DNA from: an uncultured delta proteobacterium
GTDB lineage: Bacteria > Desulfobacterota > Desulfobacteria > Desulfobacterales > SG8-13
Reading direction: 5' to 3'
DNA: 64,000 nucleotides
Assembly: GCA_963848135.1 (NCBI GenBank)
Contig: CAWKCK010000018.1
Span: forward strand, 200,938-264,937
Shown: piece by piece, positions 45,473 to 55,254 of the stretch
Layout of the letters: every line of letters starts with the position of its first letter
Numbering within the stretch: the first letter of the stretch is position 1
Notes under the pieces: model-generated
The model's database searches: none
The model's input: the letters and a program-made list of their open reading frames with translations, nothing else
Told to the model about the DNA's origin: nothing
Program-made: the position numbers and the translations under genes

Positions 45473-47476
45473 TTATTTGAGCCCAACATCCCAATTCCAC
45501 AAACCCGGTCGCTTTTTTAGCTCGATGTTGCCTGGCACGGGCTCGACCAGATGGACAAAAACCTGGTAGCCTGCTTTCTTCAGCTCAAGCTTCTTTATCT
45601 TCAGATCCAGCTTCCAGTTGGGATACACCCAATAGTTCTGGTCGTACCGGTGCACCCATGCCTTTTCGCCTTTTGGGCTTGTAAACGGTTGGTCTTCATG
45701 AATGCTTTCGGATACGGTGCGGGAGATACAAAGGGGCCAGTTGCCATCGATGACGATACCCAACGGTAATGGGCTTTGGCGCGGAAGTGCCAGAAGGTCT
45801 TCCCCGCCCAACTCGGGGCTGACGATTGCACCCGAAAAACCAAGATCTGCCGCAACCCCGAGTGCCAAAGGGTTACTCAGATTGCAGAACGGGCCGGCCC
45901 AGAGGTTCAGATTCTTTTCGGAACCTGTCAATCCTGTTTGCCAGTGCGTGTTCAAAACGAAATGGCGGGCACCATTACGTTGTGCGGACGTGACGGTTTC
46001 TATTACAGCATTTTCCTCATCAGGCCAGACGACAGGCGGGAGCCACCACCAAACTTGGGCAAACAGTTCCGCTGGTATCTTATCGAGGATATCCTTTGTC
46101 AACCACAGGCCGATTCGTCCGATACGAGACCGCCGGATAGAGGTCCGGTAGACATAAAGGTCATGAGCTTTTGATTTCGTCCTGACGATGCCAGGCAGTT
46201 TGAGACGAAAAGCCGGAAAAACCACCACCTGCTCTTCCGTCAAATTGAGCTCCCGCTCCAACCCTTTAAGCATATCCACCAGAACCGCTTCACGCCGATC
46301 GGTTAAAAACACAGGCGTCCCCCTGGCCGGTGGCCGTTTGGTCACCAGGGAAAGCGTATAGCGACCTTTTTTCGGCACTCCCCTGCCGACCCTTTGGACG
46401 GCATGCCACGTCTCATCCTCATACCCCAGGCGCAGGACATCTCCGCGTAAAAGATCGAATCTAGGAACAATATATGGTCGCTTGGCAGACCCTTGCACAC
46501 TACCGACAAACAGTCCAGATCCGGTCTGGAATCTTATATCCACAGGGTTCTGGGGCCTCTGTGGCAAAAAATGGTAATGCGTGCCCGGCCGACCCAGGGC
46601 CTGCTCCAGGAAAGCAACCGCTGTTTTTTTGACTTGTGCCCGGCTTTCGGGCTGATCATCGATGTCGCGCAGCATCCGATAGGCTTGAACCGTGTAGTAG
46701 ACGTAATGGGGCCCTTTTTTGCGTCCTTCGATTTTCCAGGCCTTTACCTGAGGCTCATGCAGCAGCGTATTGACCAGAACATCCAGAGACAGGTCATGGC
46801 AGGAAAAATATCGCCGCGGCTGTCGATTGTGGGTGTATTGCCGGCGGCATGGTTGGACACAGCGCCCTCTGAGGCTGCTTTTCCCGCCCATATAAGAGCT
46901 CCAGTAACACCTGCCGGAAACCCCGTAACAAAGTGCACCATGGACGAAAACTTCCAGCCCCACCTCGCTGGGGCACGCGGCGGTCATGGTCTTGATTTCA
47001 TCGATAGAAAGTTCACGCGGCAAGACGATACGTCTGATTTCGGGGAAACTCCGTATCTGTTTCAGGGCAGACCCAGTACTGAAATTTGACAGTGTGGACA
47101 GATGGATTTCACCGGCGAAACCGGTTTGGCGGGCCAATTCGATCAACCCGAGATCCTGGATAATCAGGGCATCCGGGACAACCGACTGTTGGAGCTGTTT
47201 TAAAAGGGTGCCGGCCTGTTTTAAATCGTCCGGCTTTAATACCGCGTTGATGGCCACATAAACTTTGATACGTTTATCGTGCGCCAAGCGGGTCAACTCC
47301 GCAAGCTCATTGAGCGTAAAATTCTTGGCCTCCATACGGGCTGAAAAGTGCTTCAGGCCACAATAAACGGCATCGGCACCGGCCCCCACAGCCGCCAGAA
47401 AAGCCAACCGGCTTCCGGCGGGGGCCAGAATTTCGGGTTTGGGTCGCGTCTTATCCGATCGTGATGTCTGGGCCAT
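45473..47476 (-). CDS. Peptidase U32 family protein (RlhA-like RNA hydroxylase)
   Basis: PEILAPAG, GADAVY, HGALC..SGRC...RGRCVQPCR Fe-S motif, KIEGR. Confidence 0.85.
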   Translation of the reverse strand: MAQTSRSDKTRPKPEILAPAGSRLAFLAAVGAGADAVYCGLKHFSARMEAKNFTLNELAELTRLAHDKRIKVYVAINAVLKPDDLKQAGTLLKQLQQSVVPDALIIQDLGLIELARQTGFAGEIHLSTLSNFSTGSALKQIRSFPEIRRIVLPRELSIDEIKTMTAACPSEVGLEVFVHGALCYGVSGRCYWSSYMGGKSSLRGRCVQPCRRQYTHNRQPRRYFSCHDLSLDVLVNTLLHEPQVKAWKIEGRKKGPHYVYYTVQAYRMLRDIDDQPESRAQVKKTAVAFLEQALGRPGTHYHFLPQRPQNPVDIRFQTGSGLFVGSVQGSAKRPYIVPRFDLLRGDVLRLGYEDETWHAVQRVGRGVPKKGRYTLSLVTKRPPARGTPVFLTDRREAVLVDMLKGLERELNLTEEQVVVFPAFRLKLPGIVRTKSKAHDLYVYRTSIRRSRIGRIGLWLTKDILDKIPAELFAQVWWWLPPVVWPDEENAVIETVTSAQRNGARHFVLNTHWQTGLTGSEKNLNLWAGPFCNLSNPLALGVAADLGFSGAIVSPELGGEDLLALPRQSPLPLGIVIDGNWPLCISRTVSESIHEDQPFTSPKGEKAWVHRYDQNYWVYPNWKLDLKIKKLELKKAGYQVFVHLVEPVPGNIELKKRPGLWNWDVGLK

Positions 47477-47577
47477 TTGGTTTTCTAAACAGTTAATTCC
47501 AGCCGCTGGAGTCAGCCGATTAAATTAAACATTTCAATCACCGCAAGCTTCCGATTACGCCGCCAACGGAAAACCGA

Positions 47578-48489
47578 TCATCTATTTTCTCTCATTATAT
47601 CGAGCAGGTATTGCCCATACTCATTTTTAAGGTAAGGGCCGGCGATATGGTTAAGTTGATCATCGTTTATGTATCCCATGCGCCAGGCGATTTCTTCGAC
47701 ACAGGCAATTTTGAGCCCTTGCCTCTTTTGGAGCGTTTCGACAAAAACAGCGGCTTCCAGGAAAGACTCGTGGGTACCGGTGTCCAACCAGGCGAACCCC
47801 CGCCCGAGGAGTTCCACCTTCAGCTGCCTCTTCTGGAGGTAAGCCTTAATGACTTCGGTGATTTCCAGTTCACCACGGGCCGACGGTTTGATGTTCGCCG
47901 CCACCGTTGCCACCTCCTTGTCGAAGAAATACAGACCCGGAAGAGCGTAGTTCGACTTGGGGCGATCCGGTTTTTCCTCGATGCTGAGAACATTTCCATT
48001 CTGATCGAATTCGACAACACCATATCGTTGTGGGTCCCTGACCCAGTAACCGAATACCAACCCGCCCTCTTTCATCTGCACGGCACGGTTGAGTATATCC
48101 GGCAGGCTGTGACCGAAAAACAGGTTATCTCCCAGAATCAAGCAGCAGTTTTCATCGCAGATGAAATCTTTTCCGATGATAAACGCCTGGGCCAATCCCT
48201 CCGGATTCGGTTGGATGGCATAGGAAATTCGCAGCCCGACATGTGATCCGTCTCCAAAAAGGGTTTCGAACTTGGCGCGGTCTTCGGGAGTCGATATGAT
48301 CAAAATATCCCTAATTCCGGCCAGCATCAAGACCGACAAGGGATAGTAAATCATCGGTTTGTCGTATATCGGCAGAAGTTGTTTGCAGACCACATGGGTG
48401 ATCGGGTAAAGGCGGGTTCCCGATCCCCCCGCCAGAATGATTCCCTTGACCGACGTGTTGTTCGGTTTCGGAAATGTCGCATCGATCAT
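47578..48489 (-). CDS. rfbA: Glucose-1-phosphate thymidylyltransferase
   Basis: [29 protein letters not shown]. Confidence 0.96.
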   Translation of the reverse strand: MIDATFPKPNNTSVKGIILAGGSGTRLYPITHVVCKQLLPIYDKPMIYYPLSVLMLAGIRDILIISTPEDRAKFETLFGDGSHVGLRISYAIQPNPEGLAQAFIIGKDFICDENCCLILGDNLFFGHSLPDILNRAVQMKEGGLVFGYWVRDPQRYGVVEFDQNGNVLSIEEKPDRPKSNYALPGLYFFDKEVATVAANIKPSARGELEITEVIKAYLQKRQLKVELLGRGFAWLDTGTHESFLEAAVFVETLQKRQGLKIACVEEIAWRMGYINDDQLNHIAGPYLKNEYGQYLLDIMRENR

Positions 48490-48538
48490 GCTTCTCTCCT
48501 CCTACTTACTAATGAAGTCGTTGATATTTAGACATAAT

Positions 48539-48820
48539 CTCACCGCCCGCTCGCAATCACTCGCTCGAGACACGAAGGACACAGAGAATTTCATTTTTTT
48601 GCTTTTCGCTGAGACGCCGAAAAGCAAAAGCAACTTGCCCTTTGGGCAGAACTATGGTGCATCAGCGGCCTTTAAATTTGAATATCTTTAAATACAGTAA
48701 AAATTTATGCTTTCTATCCGTTTCTGTTCGAGAGAGGCGATCGCTTATTATGTTTTCCGGCGTCTCAGCGGGAAACATAAAGAAAAATAATCTCTGCGTT
48801 CTTTGCGCCTTTGCGGTGAA
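48539..48820. repeat. Structured intergenic inverted-repeat element between rfbD and rfbA
   Basis: CACCGC...GACACAGAG / CTCTGCGTTCTTTGCGCCTTTGCGGTG ends; two internal hairpins whose 11-nt loops are reverse complements. Confidence 0.65.
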
Positions 48821-48823
48821 TAT

Positions 48824-49723
48824 TTATTTTGATTTCTTAGGATTAGGGTTGTATAACTCGGAAATCATCTCAGATAGCGCTTCCTTCCAGGGGCGCGGTT
48901 TGATGCCGAAATTCTTTTCGATTTTCCGGCAATCCAGAACCGAATTTAAGGGCCTTTTTGCCGGTGTTGGATAGTCGGACGTCTTAATCGGCACCACGTC
49001 TTTCAGGGGCAGCTTCTCAAACTTGCCGGCAATCTTATAGATCGCCTCTGCGAACGCATACCAGGTCGTCGACCCGCCACCGCAATAGTGATACGTGCCC
49101 CACGATGTTGAACTTCCCTCTGTTCCTTTCGCGACAACCGATACTATCGCATCCGCAAGGTCAGCCGCAGAGGTGGGGCAGCCCCGCTGATCCGACACCA
49201 CTTTAACGACCGGCCGCTCCCGCCCCAAAGACAGCATGGTTTTGACAAAATTCTGACCATCTACACCATACAACCAGGCTGTCCGTAGGATAATGTGTCT
49301 CGGCAGGTGATTTCGGATTTCCATCTCTCCGGCAGCCTTGCTCTCTCCATAGACGCTCATGGGCAAGATATCGTCCTGCTCGGTGTAGGCCTCAGTTTTA
49401 GTGCCATCGAATACGTAATCCGTGGATATGTGAATCAACGGCAGGTCTGAGGCGCAACAATACCGCGCCAGATTGTGTGGCCCGTCGCGGTTGACGGCAA
49501 AAGCGGCTTCCGGTTCCGATTCGGCCTTGTCAACGGCCGTGTATGCGGCCGCGTTGATAACCCAGCCGAGTTTTTCCGATGATATTCGGGCCTTGATGGA
49601 AGCAGGATCGGTGATGTCGATTTCAGGCACGTCCAACCCCAGGATCTCAAACCCCTTCCGTCGCGCTCTTCGCACCAACTCTCTTCCGAGTTGCCCGCTG
49701 CTGCCGATGACGGCAATTTTCAT
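48824..49723 (-). CDS. rfbD: dTDP-4-dehydrorhamnose reductase
   Basis: GSSGQLG, AAYTAVDKAE, ISTDYVFDG, YGESK. Confidence 0.95.
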   Translation of the reverse strand: MKIAVIGSSGQLGRELVRRARRKGFEILGLDVPEIDITDPASIKARISSEKLGWVINAAAYTAVDKAESEPEAAFAVNRDGPHNLARYCCASDLPLIHISTDYVFDGTKTEAYTEQDDILPMSVYGESKAAGEMEIRNHLPRHIILRTAWLYGVDGQNFVKTMLSLGRERPVVKVVSDQRGCPTSAADLADAIVSVVAKGTEGSSTSWGTYHYCGGGSTTWYAFAEAIYKIAGKFEKLPLKDVVPIKTSDYPTPAKRPLNSVLDCRKIEKNFGIKPRPWKEALSEMISELYNPNPKKSK

Positions 49724-49761
49724 AATTAATTTCCAAACTTCTGATTTTGTATTTATTTAGT

Positions 49762-49931
49762 CCTAATTTGAGCGATTGTCGAGGTTGCCGCAGATACAAG
49801 GAAGATGTCGTTCCGTCCCGCCGCCGGCGGGATCAGCTATGCGGGACGGCATATGACACCGTAAATGCGGCAAGGTTGGCAATCCCAAAGTTTCAAATTT
49901 TAAATTTAATATTTGAAACGCTCATTTTAGG
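49762..49931. mobile_element. MITE, subtype A variant (170 bp) inside the rml operon
   Basis: Ends CCTAATTTGAGCG / CGCTCATTTTAGG, flanking direct repeat TTAGT; internal deletion and a nested GC palindrome. Confidence 0.85.
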
Positions 49932-50001
49932 TTAGTAATAACTTGGTGTGGTAGTGTCATAGGTATGGTGGTCAAAGGCAAATCATCTTTCGCCTTTTCC
50001 C

Positions 50002-50559
50002 TTATGCCCCAAACTCCGGCAATCTATCCGGGGAAATATCAGCCAGGCAGCGGTAGGATCTATCCTTTTTAGAGAGTATCGGCGCCGTTACCGGCCAATC
50101 GATCCCCATATCGGGATCGCACCACAGCACCCCGTTTTCACAATCCGGTGCGTAATAGTCGCTGCACTTGTAGTGGAAAAGGGCAGTATCGCTAAGCACA
50201 CAAAAACCGTGGGCAAAACCACGCGGTATGAACATCTGGCGTTTGTTTTCCGACGATAGGCGGCTGGCACACCACATCCCGAAAGACGGCGATCCCTGGC
50301 GTATATCCACGGCCACATCGAAAACCTCACCCTGCAGCACCTGAACCAGTTTGGCCTGCCCGCGCGGGTATTGAAAGTGCAGTCCCCTAAGGGCGTTATT
50401 AAAGGAAAACGACACGTTATCCTGTACGAAATCGACGTCGATCCCGGCATCTCTATAGCGAGCTTTCTGGTATGTTTCCACGAAAAATCCGCGGGGATCT
50501 TCAGAGATCCGCGGCTCTAGTATCAGCACGTCTTTTAGGGCTGCCTCGATGACTTTCAT
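50002..50559 (-). CDS. rfbC: dTDP-4-dehydrorhamnose 3,5-epimerase
   Basis: DPRGFFVE, LRGLHFQ, VAVDIR, GFAHGF. Confidence 0.95.
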   Translation of the reverse strand: MKVIEAALKDVLILEPRISEDPRGFFVETYQKARYRDAGIDVDFVQDNVSFSFNNALRGLHFQYPRGQAKLVQVLQGEVFDVAVDIRQGSPSFGMWCASRLSSENKRQMFIPRGFAHGFCVLSDTALFHYKCSDYYAPDCENGVLWCDPDMGIDWPVTAPILSKKDRSYRCLADISPDRLPEFGA

Positions 50560-50712
50560 TGTGCCCTTCCCTGTTAATCGTTTCGTCAATTCTTCTACAG
50601 ATTCTCAGTTCTCAGCCCGTATTATGATCTTTATTCGGTATCCCTTGAAAAAATCTCATGAATATTTCGGAAAAACATCCCGAACCGGAGTGACGCTGAA
50701 GAACCGCAGAAG

Positions 50713-51804
50713 TTATCGTGATCCGTAATTCTGCTCTATCCACCGGCGGTAACCGCCGCTGCGAATCGACTCCACCCAGTCCAAGTGCGACAAATACCAG
50801 TCCACCGTCGCTTCCAGAGCCGCAGCGAAGCGATACCGTGGGCGCCAGCCGATCTCTCGAGAGATTTTTTCGGCGTTGATGGCATAGCGCCGGTCGTGAC
50901 CGGGTCGATCGGTGACAAACGCGATCAGTTGTCGGCTCGACGCCTTGCCTTTGCGCCCTAACCGGTCATCCATGACATCGCACAGCAGGTGAACCACCTC
51001 GATATTCTGCTTCTCCGAATGGCCACCGATGTTGTAGGTCTCGCCGGGTGTACCTTTTTCAAATACCTCGAGCAAGCCTTCGCAATGATCACTCACATAG
51101 AGCCAATCCCGGACGTTTTTACCATCGCCGTAAATCGGCAGTGCTTTCTTATCGAGTATGTTAAGAATTATTAGCGGTATCAATTTTTCGGGGAATTGAT
51201 AAGGGCCGAAGTTGTTGGAACAATTGGTAATAAGCGTCGGGAGGCCATAGGTTCGGTGATAGGCCTTGACGAAATGATCGGAGGCGGCCTTTGAGGCTGA
51301 ATATGGGCTCGACGGGTCGTAAGGTGTCTCCTCGGAAAACAGACCGGTTTCACCGAGACTCCCGTAAACCTCATCGGTGGATACGTGGAGGAACCGAAAC
51401 CCGCTATCCCGGCCGGCCATCCGCCATTTGTTGTGCGCCGCTTCCAAGAGACGGAACGTCCCGAGTACGTTGGTCTCCACGAAGGCTTCCGGACCGACAA
51501 TCGAACGATCGACGTGGGATTCGGCAGCAAAATGGATCACCCCAATGATGTTGTTGTCGCAGAATAGCTTTTCAAGCAACGCATTATCCCGAATGTCACC
51601 GCGAACAAAGTGATAGCGGCGGGCCACGTCTGGCACCATATTTTCTAAGTTTAAAGGGTTTCCGGCATATGTGAGCGCATCAAGATTGATGACTCTCTGT
51701 TCTGGCCGTTTATCCAGAACATATCGAATAAAATTAGAACCGATAAAACCGGAACCGCCTGTAACCAATAACGTTTCACTATCGATGGCCACGTCTCTCC
51801 CCAT
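50713..51804 (-). CDS. rfbB: dTDP-glucose 4,6-dehydratase
   Basis: TGGSGFIG, AAESHVDRS, STDEVYG, YSASK, DRPGHDRRY. Confidence 0.96.
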   Translation of the reverse strand: MGRDVAIDSETLLVTGGSGFIGSNFIRYVLDKRPEQRVINLDALTYAGNPLNLENMVPDVARRYHFVRGDIRDNALLEKLFCDNNIIGVIHFAAESHVDRSIVGPEAFVETNVLGTFRLLEAAHNKWRMAGRDSGFRFLHVSTDEVYGSLGETGLFSEETPYDPSSPYSASKAASDHFVKAYHRTYGLPTLITNCSNNFGPYQFPEKLIPLIILNILDKKALPIYGDGKNVRDWLYVSDHCEGLLEVFEKGTPGETYNIGGHSEKQNIEVVHLLCDVMDDRLGRKGKASSRQLIAFVTDRPGHDRRYAINAEKISREIGWRPRYRFAAALEATVDWYLSHLDWVESIRSGGYRRWIEQNYGSR

Positions 51805-52165
51805 GTTTGTATTACAAGATTGTAATTGATAATTAACCGCAAATTCCGTATAATTGACTAATTATAGACAATTCTATCATTGGCGCAATTGAAAAATTTA
51901 TCTGTAACGAAGCTGGAGAGCAATAACTGGAAAACGATTTTCTCAAAAAGTGTTGAGACGTTTCGCCTCACATTCTGAATTCACCGTAAAACGCACGTAA
52001 ACTTTGAGACCTTTGAATTATGCCAATCATTGTTCAAATTCAAGGAAGACGAAAAATTTATCCTCGGAAAAATTTTTGTATTTTTCGAGGATGACATTTT
52101 GAGTACGACACCGGAATTGGGCAAAAAGTGGCGTTGATCAAGGGTTTCGCTGTATTGGAGTTGAT

Positions 52166-53539
52166 GTGGCTAAAATACTCATCATAGATGACCTCCCGCT
52201 GTGGGAGGAAGAACTGAAGATAGAAATTGAAGCGCATCACATCCTCTCTCATTGGCCTTTTCGCATTGAAATGACCGAATACCTCAAAAAGGAAGAGTAC
52301 GAAATCATCCTTTTGAACCTCCAACTGCGAAGGGTTGATAGCTTCGGCTTGCTGAAACAAATTCAACAGGCCAGTCCTTATACGCCGGTTATCGGTCTCA
52401 GCGCTTCGGATCAGGCCGCCCTGATCGTCAAAGCGGTAAAAAAAGGCGCATTTGATGTCATTGTCAAACCCTTTTTCAAAGAAAAAATCCTTCTTTCGAT
52501 CGAACGGGGCTTGGAAAATAGACATCTGAAAAACGAAATCGACTATCTCAAGCGCGAACAGGATATCGTTTACGACTTCAACCGCATCATCGCCCAAAGT
52601 TCCACAATGCGACGTATGATCGCCACACTGAAGAAATTTGCCCAGACAGATTCGACCATCCTGATCACCGGTGAAACCGGCACCGGTAAAAGTTTTTTAT
52701 CCGGTGCGGTACATTATAACAGCCGCCGACGTACCAAACCGTTCATCAAAATCAACTGCGCCAACCTGCCTGAAACCCTTCTGGAGAGTGAGCTTTTCGG
52801 ACATGAAAAAGGGTCTTTCACCGGTGCCAACAAAACGCGGGTCGGCCGGCTCGAGCAGGCCAAGGATGGAACGGTTTTTCTCGATGAGATCGGTGAGATG
52901 AGCGGCACCCTGCAAGCCAAACTGCTGCGGGTGCTGGAAGAAAAATCTTTCGAACGGGTCGGTGGTAACCGGACCATTTTCTCGGATGTTCGTATCATCG
53001 CCGCCACCAACCGCAAACCGGAATCTCAGGTAATGGAAGGCACATTCCGGGAGGATTTATATTACCGCCTGAATGTCCTCAGGGTTCATATCCCACCGCT
53101 GCGGGAGCGGAGAGAGTGCATTGAGCCGCTGTCGAAATACCTGCTTGAAAAAATCTGCCGCAATCTGAAAAAGAAGATCAACGAATTTGCCCTGGATGTC
53201 ATGGCAGCGTTTAGGGAATACTCCTGGCCGGGCAACATACGCCAGTTGGCAAATACCATCGAACGCGCCACAATCCTCGAAGATAGTTCCGTGATCGAAA
53301 TGCAGCACGTCATTCTGCCTGATTTAAAATCAATTCAGCCGGTTTCGGGTGAATCACGCCACCCGAAACCGGCGGAATCTCTTGCGGAACGTGAGAAGGA
53401 GACGATCTTATGCGTCCTTGAAGACTGTTTATGGATCCAAAAAGATGCTGCCCAAAACCTGGGCATCACCCCCCGGGCCCTGAACTACAAAATCAAGAAA
53501 TACGGCATCACCCATCCCCGGTGGCGTAAAAATAAGTAG
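52166..53539 (+). CDS. Sigma54-dependent activator (NtrC family) with atypical receiver domain
   Basis: GETGTGKS, ESELFGHEKGSFTGA, FLDEIG, WPGNIRQL, Fis-type HTH; receiver has Asn at the usual phospho-Asp position. Confidence 0.92.
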   Translation: MAKILIIDDLPLWEEELKIEIEAHHILSHWPFRIEMTEYLKKEEYEIILLNLQLRRVDSFGLLKQIQQASPYTPVIGLSASDQAALIVKAVKKGAFDVIVKPFFKEKILLSIERGLENRHLKNEIDYLKREQDIVYDFNRIIAQSSTMRRMIATLKKFAQTDSTILITGETGTGKSFLSGAVHYNSRRRTKPFIKINCANLPETLLESELFGHEKGSFTGANKTRVGRLEQAKDGTVFLDEIGEMSGTLQAKLLRVLEEKSFERVGGNRTIFSDVRIIAATNRKPESQVMEGTFREDLYYRLNVLRVHIPPLRERRECIEPLSKYLLEKICRNLKKKINEFALDVMAAFREYSWPGNIRQLANTIERATILEDSSVIEMQHVILPDLKSIQPVSGESRHPKPAESLAEREKETILCVLEDCLWIQKDAAQNLGITPRALNYKIKKYGITHPRWRKNK

Positions 53540-53797
53540 AATTATAAAATCATCATCTCAGGTATTTGTTAACTCCGGGGACGATCAAAATTTAGGAATC
53601 TGCCCAATAAAACCGGAGATTTACCAAAGATTAATATGAAATATTTTTCCTATTTTACCCAAATTACATTCCCTATATTACACAATTAATACTTTTACCT
53701 TTAACGAGCCCAAATCATTATCTGCCTTTAGGCCTATAACATTCTATAATTATTCAGTTTTATTAATTTACCGATTTTCACCCTTAGCCATATTCCA

Positions 53798-53813
53798 TGG
53801 CATTTTTTTTGCA
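53798..53813 (+). promoter_or_regulatory. Sigma54 (-24/-12) promoter
   Basis: TGGCATTTTTTTTGCA with exact GG-N10-GC spacing, upstream of the PEP-CTERM micro-gene. Confidence 0.7.
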
Positions 53814-53920
53814 TATCTAAATGACTCATTAGAAACGATACGATGATTTCGATTTACCAGATACGATAGGCATGCATTCGGATGGATTTTCCGATTACAA
53901 ACAATATAGGTGGCGCAAAA

Positions 53921-54103
53921 GTGAAAAGGTTAACGAAAATATCAATATTCTTTGTTCTCATATCCATAATTACAACAGTTTATGCATTTGCGGCATTCAT
54001 CGGCAACCAAATCCAACCGCTACCGGAACCCCTTTACTTGCTGATTCTGGGGGTTATGTTGCTGTGCGTCAGTCATTTCATTAACCAAATGACTAAGGAA
54101 TGA
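53921..54103 (+). CDS. Minimal PEP-CTERM-like sorting-signal protein (60 aa)
   Basis: GTG start after AGGTGG; signal peptide, then PLPEPLYLLILGVMLL transmembrane segment. Confidence 0.65.
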   Translation: MKRLTKISIFFVLISIITTVYAFAAFIGNQIQPLPEPLYLLILGVMLLCVSHFINQMTKE

Positions 54104-54212
54104 TTTCCGATTCGATAACCCCAACTCAGACAATCGCTCTAATTAGGTTTAACAGTCACTATAAATCGCCGTAACTTTGTCACTTAAATTAATATCGTCA
54201 GGATAAAACGAG

Positions 54213-54242
54213 AAAAAGCCGCTCTGGTAGAGCGGCTTTTTT
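54213..54242. terminator. Bidirectional intrinsic terminator
   Basis: AAAAAGCCGCTCT-GGT-AGAGCGGCTTTTT. Confidence 0.85.
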
Positions 54243-54291
54243 AAATGGGGATGTGGACCGGTAGCGCACGGAGAAATTGTATGAGTACACC

Positions 54292-55254
54292 CTATATCAA
54301 GCCCTGCTCCAATAAATGGTGTATGTGCAGTAAACCAATAATCTCATCATCTCCGTTTGTTACGATTAAAGACGTTATCTTTTTCCCTTCCATCATCTTC
54401 AGAGCCTCTGTGGCCAGCGCACTTTCTCTGATCGACCGTGGATTACGGGTAAAAATCTCCTCGAATACGATGTCACTGATTTTATCATATCGCTCGATCG
54501 TGCGGCGTATGTCACCATCCGTGTAAATTCCCACAAATTTCCCAAATTCGTCGACAACGATAACAACCCCTTGCTTGCCTTTCGTCATTGCTGCAAGGAC
54601 CTCTTTGAAAGAGCTTTGCATGGGGATAACGGGCAGGTTTTCCCTGATCATGATGTCGCTGACCCGTGTCAGAAGCCGTTTCCCGAGAATGCCCCCCGGA
54701 TGCCGCATGGCAAAATGCTCCTCTTCGAAGCCCCGCATAGTGAGGAGAGTAATGGCCATTGCATCTCCAAGCGCTAAAGTAACGGTCGTACTGCTCGTCG
54801 GCGCCAGGTTCATCGGGCAGGCTTCATCACATACATAGGTATTTAGCACCACATCGGCGAATTTTGCCAACTTCGAATCCGGATTTGCGGTTATGGCGAT
54901 GATCGGAAGCCCGAGGCGCTTTACCGCCGGAATAGTTGACAGCAATTCAACTGTATTTCCGCTATGTGAAATCATAAGGCAGACATCCCCGGAAACCATC
55001 ATCCCCAAATCCCCGTGAACGGCTTCTGTCGGATGAATAAAAAACGACGGTTGGCCGGTACTCGCCAGCGTGCCGGCAATTTTACGGGCGATATGCCCCG
55101 ACTTGCCCACACCGAGAACCAGGAGTCGTCCTTTGTTTTTCAGGATAAGTCCAATCGCATCCTCAAAGACCGGGTCTAATCGTTCGACCAGGTTGCTGAT
55201 AGCGTTGGCTTCACGCTTGAGTACGTCTTTGGCGATATCAATGGGTTGCGGCAC
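54292..55254 (-). CDS. kdsD: Arabinose-5-phosphate isomerase (KpsF/GutQ)
   Basis: GVGKSGHI, EAVHGDLG, APTSST, HPGG, CBS pair; GTG start overlaps the kdsA stop. Confidence 0.93.
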   Translation of the reverse strand: MPQPIDIAKDVLKREANAISNLVERLDPVFEDAIGLILKNKGRLLVLGVGKSGHIARKIAGTLASTGQPSFFIHPTEAVHGDLGMMVSGDVCLMISHSGNTVELLSTIPAVKRLGLPIIAITANPDSKLAKFADVVLNTYVCDEACPMNLAPTSSTTVTLALGDAMAITLLTMRGFEEEHFAMRHPGGILGKRLLTRVSDIMIRENLPVIPMQSSFKEVLAAMTKGKQGVVIVVDEFGKFVGIYTDGDIRRTIERYDKISDIVFEEIFTRNPRSIRESALATEALKMMEGKKITSLIVTNGDDEIIGLLHIHHLLEQGLI

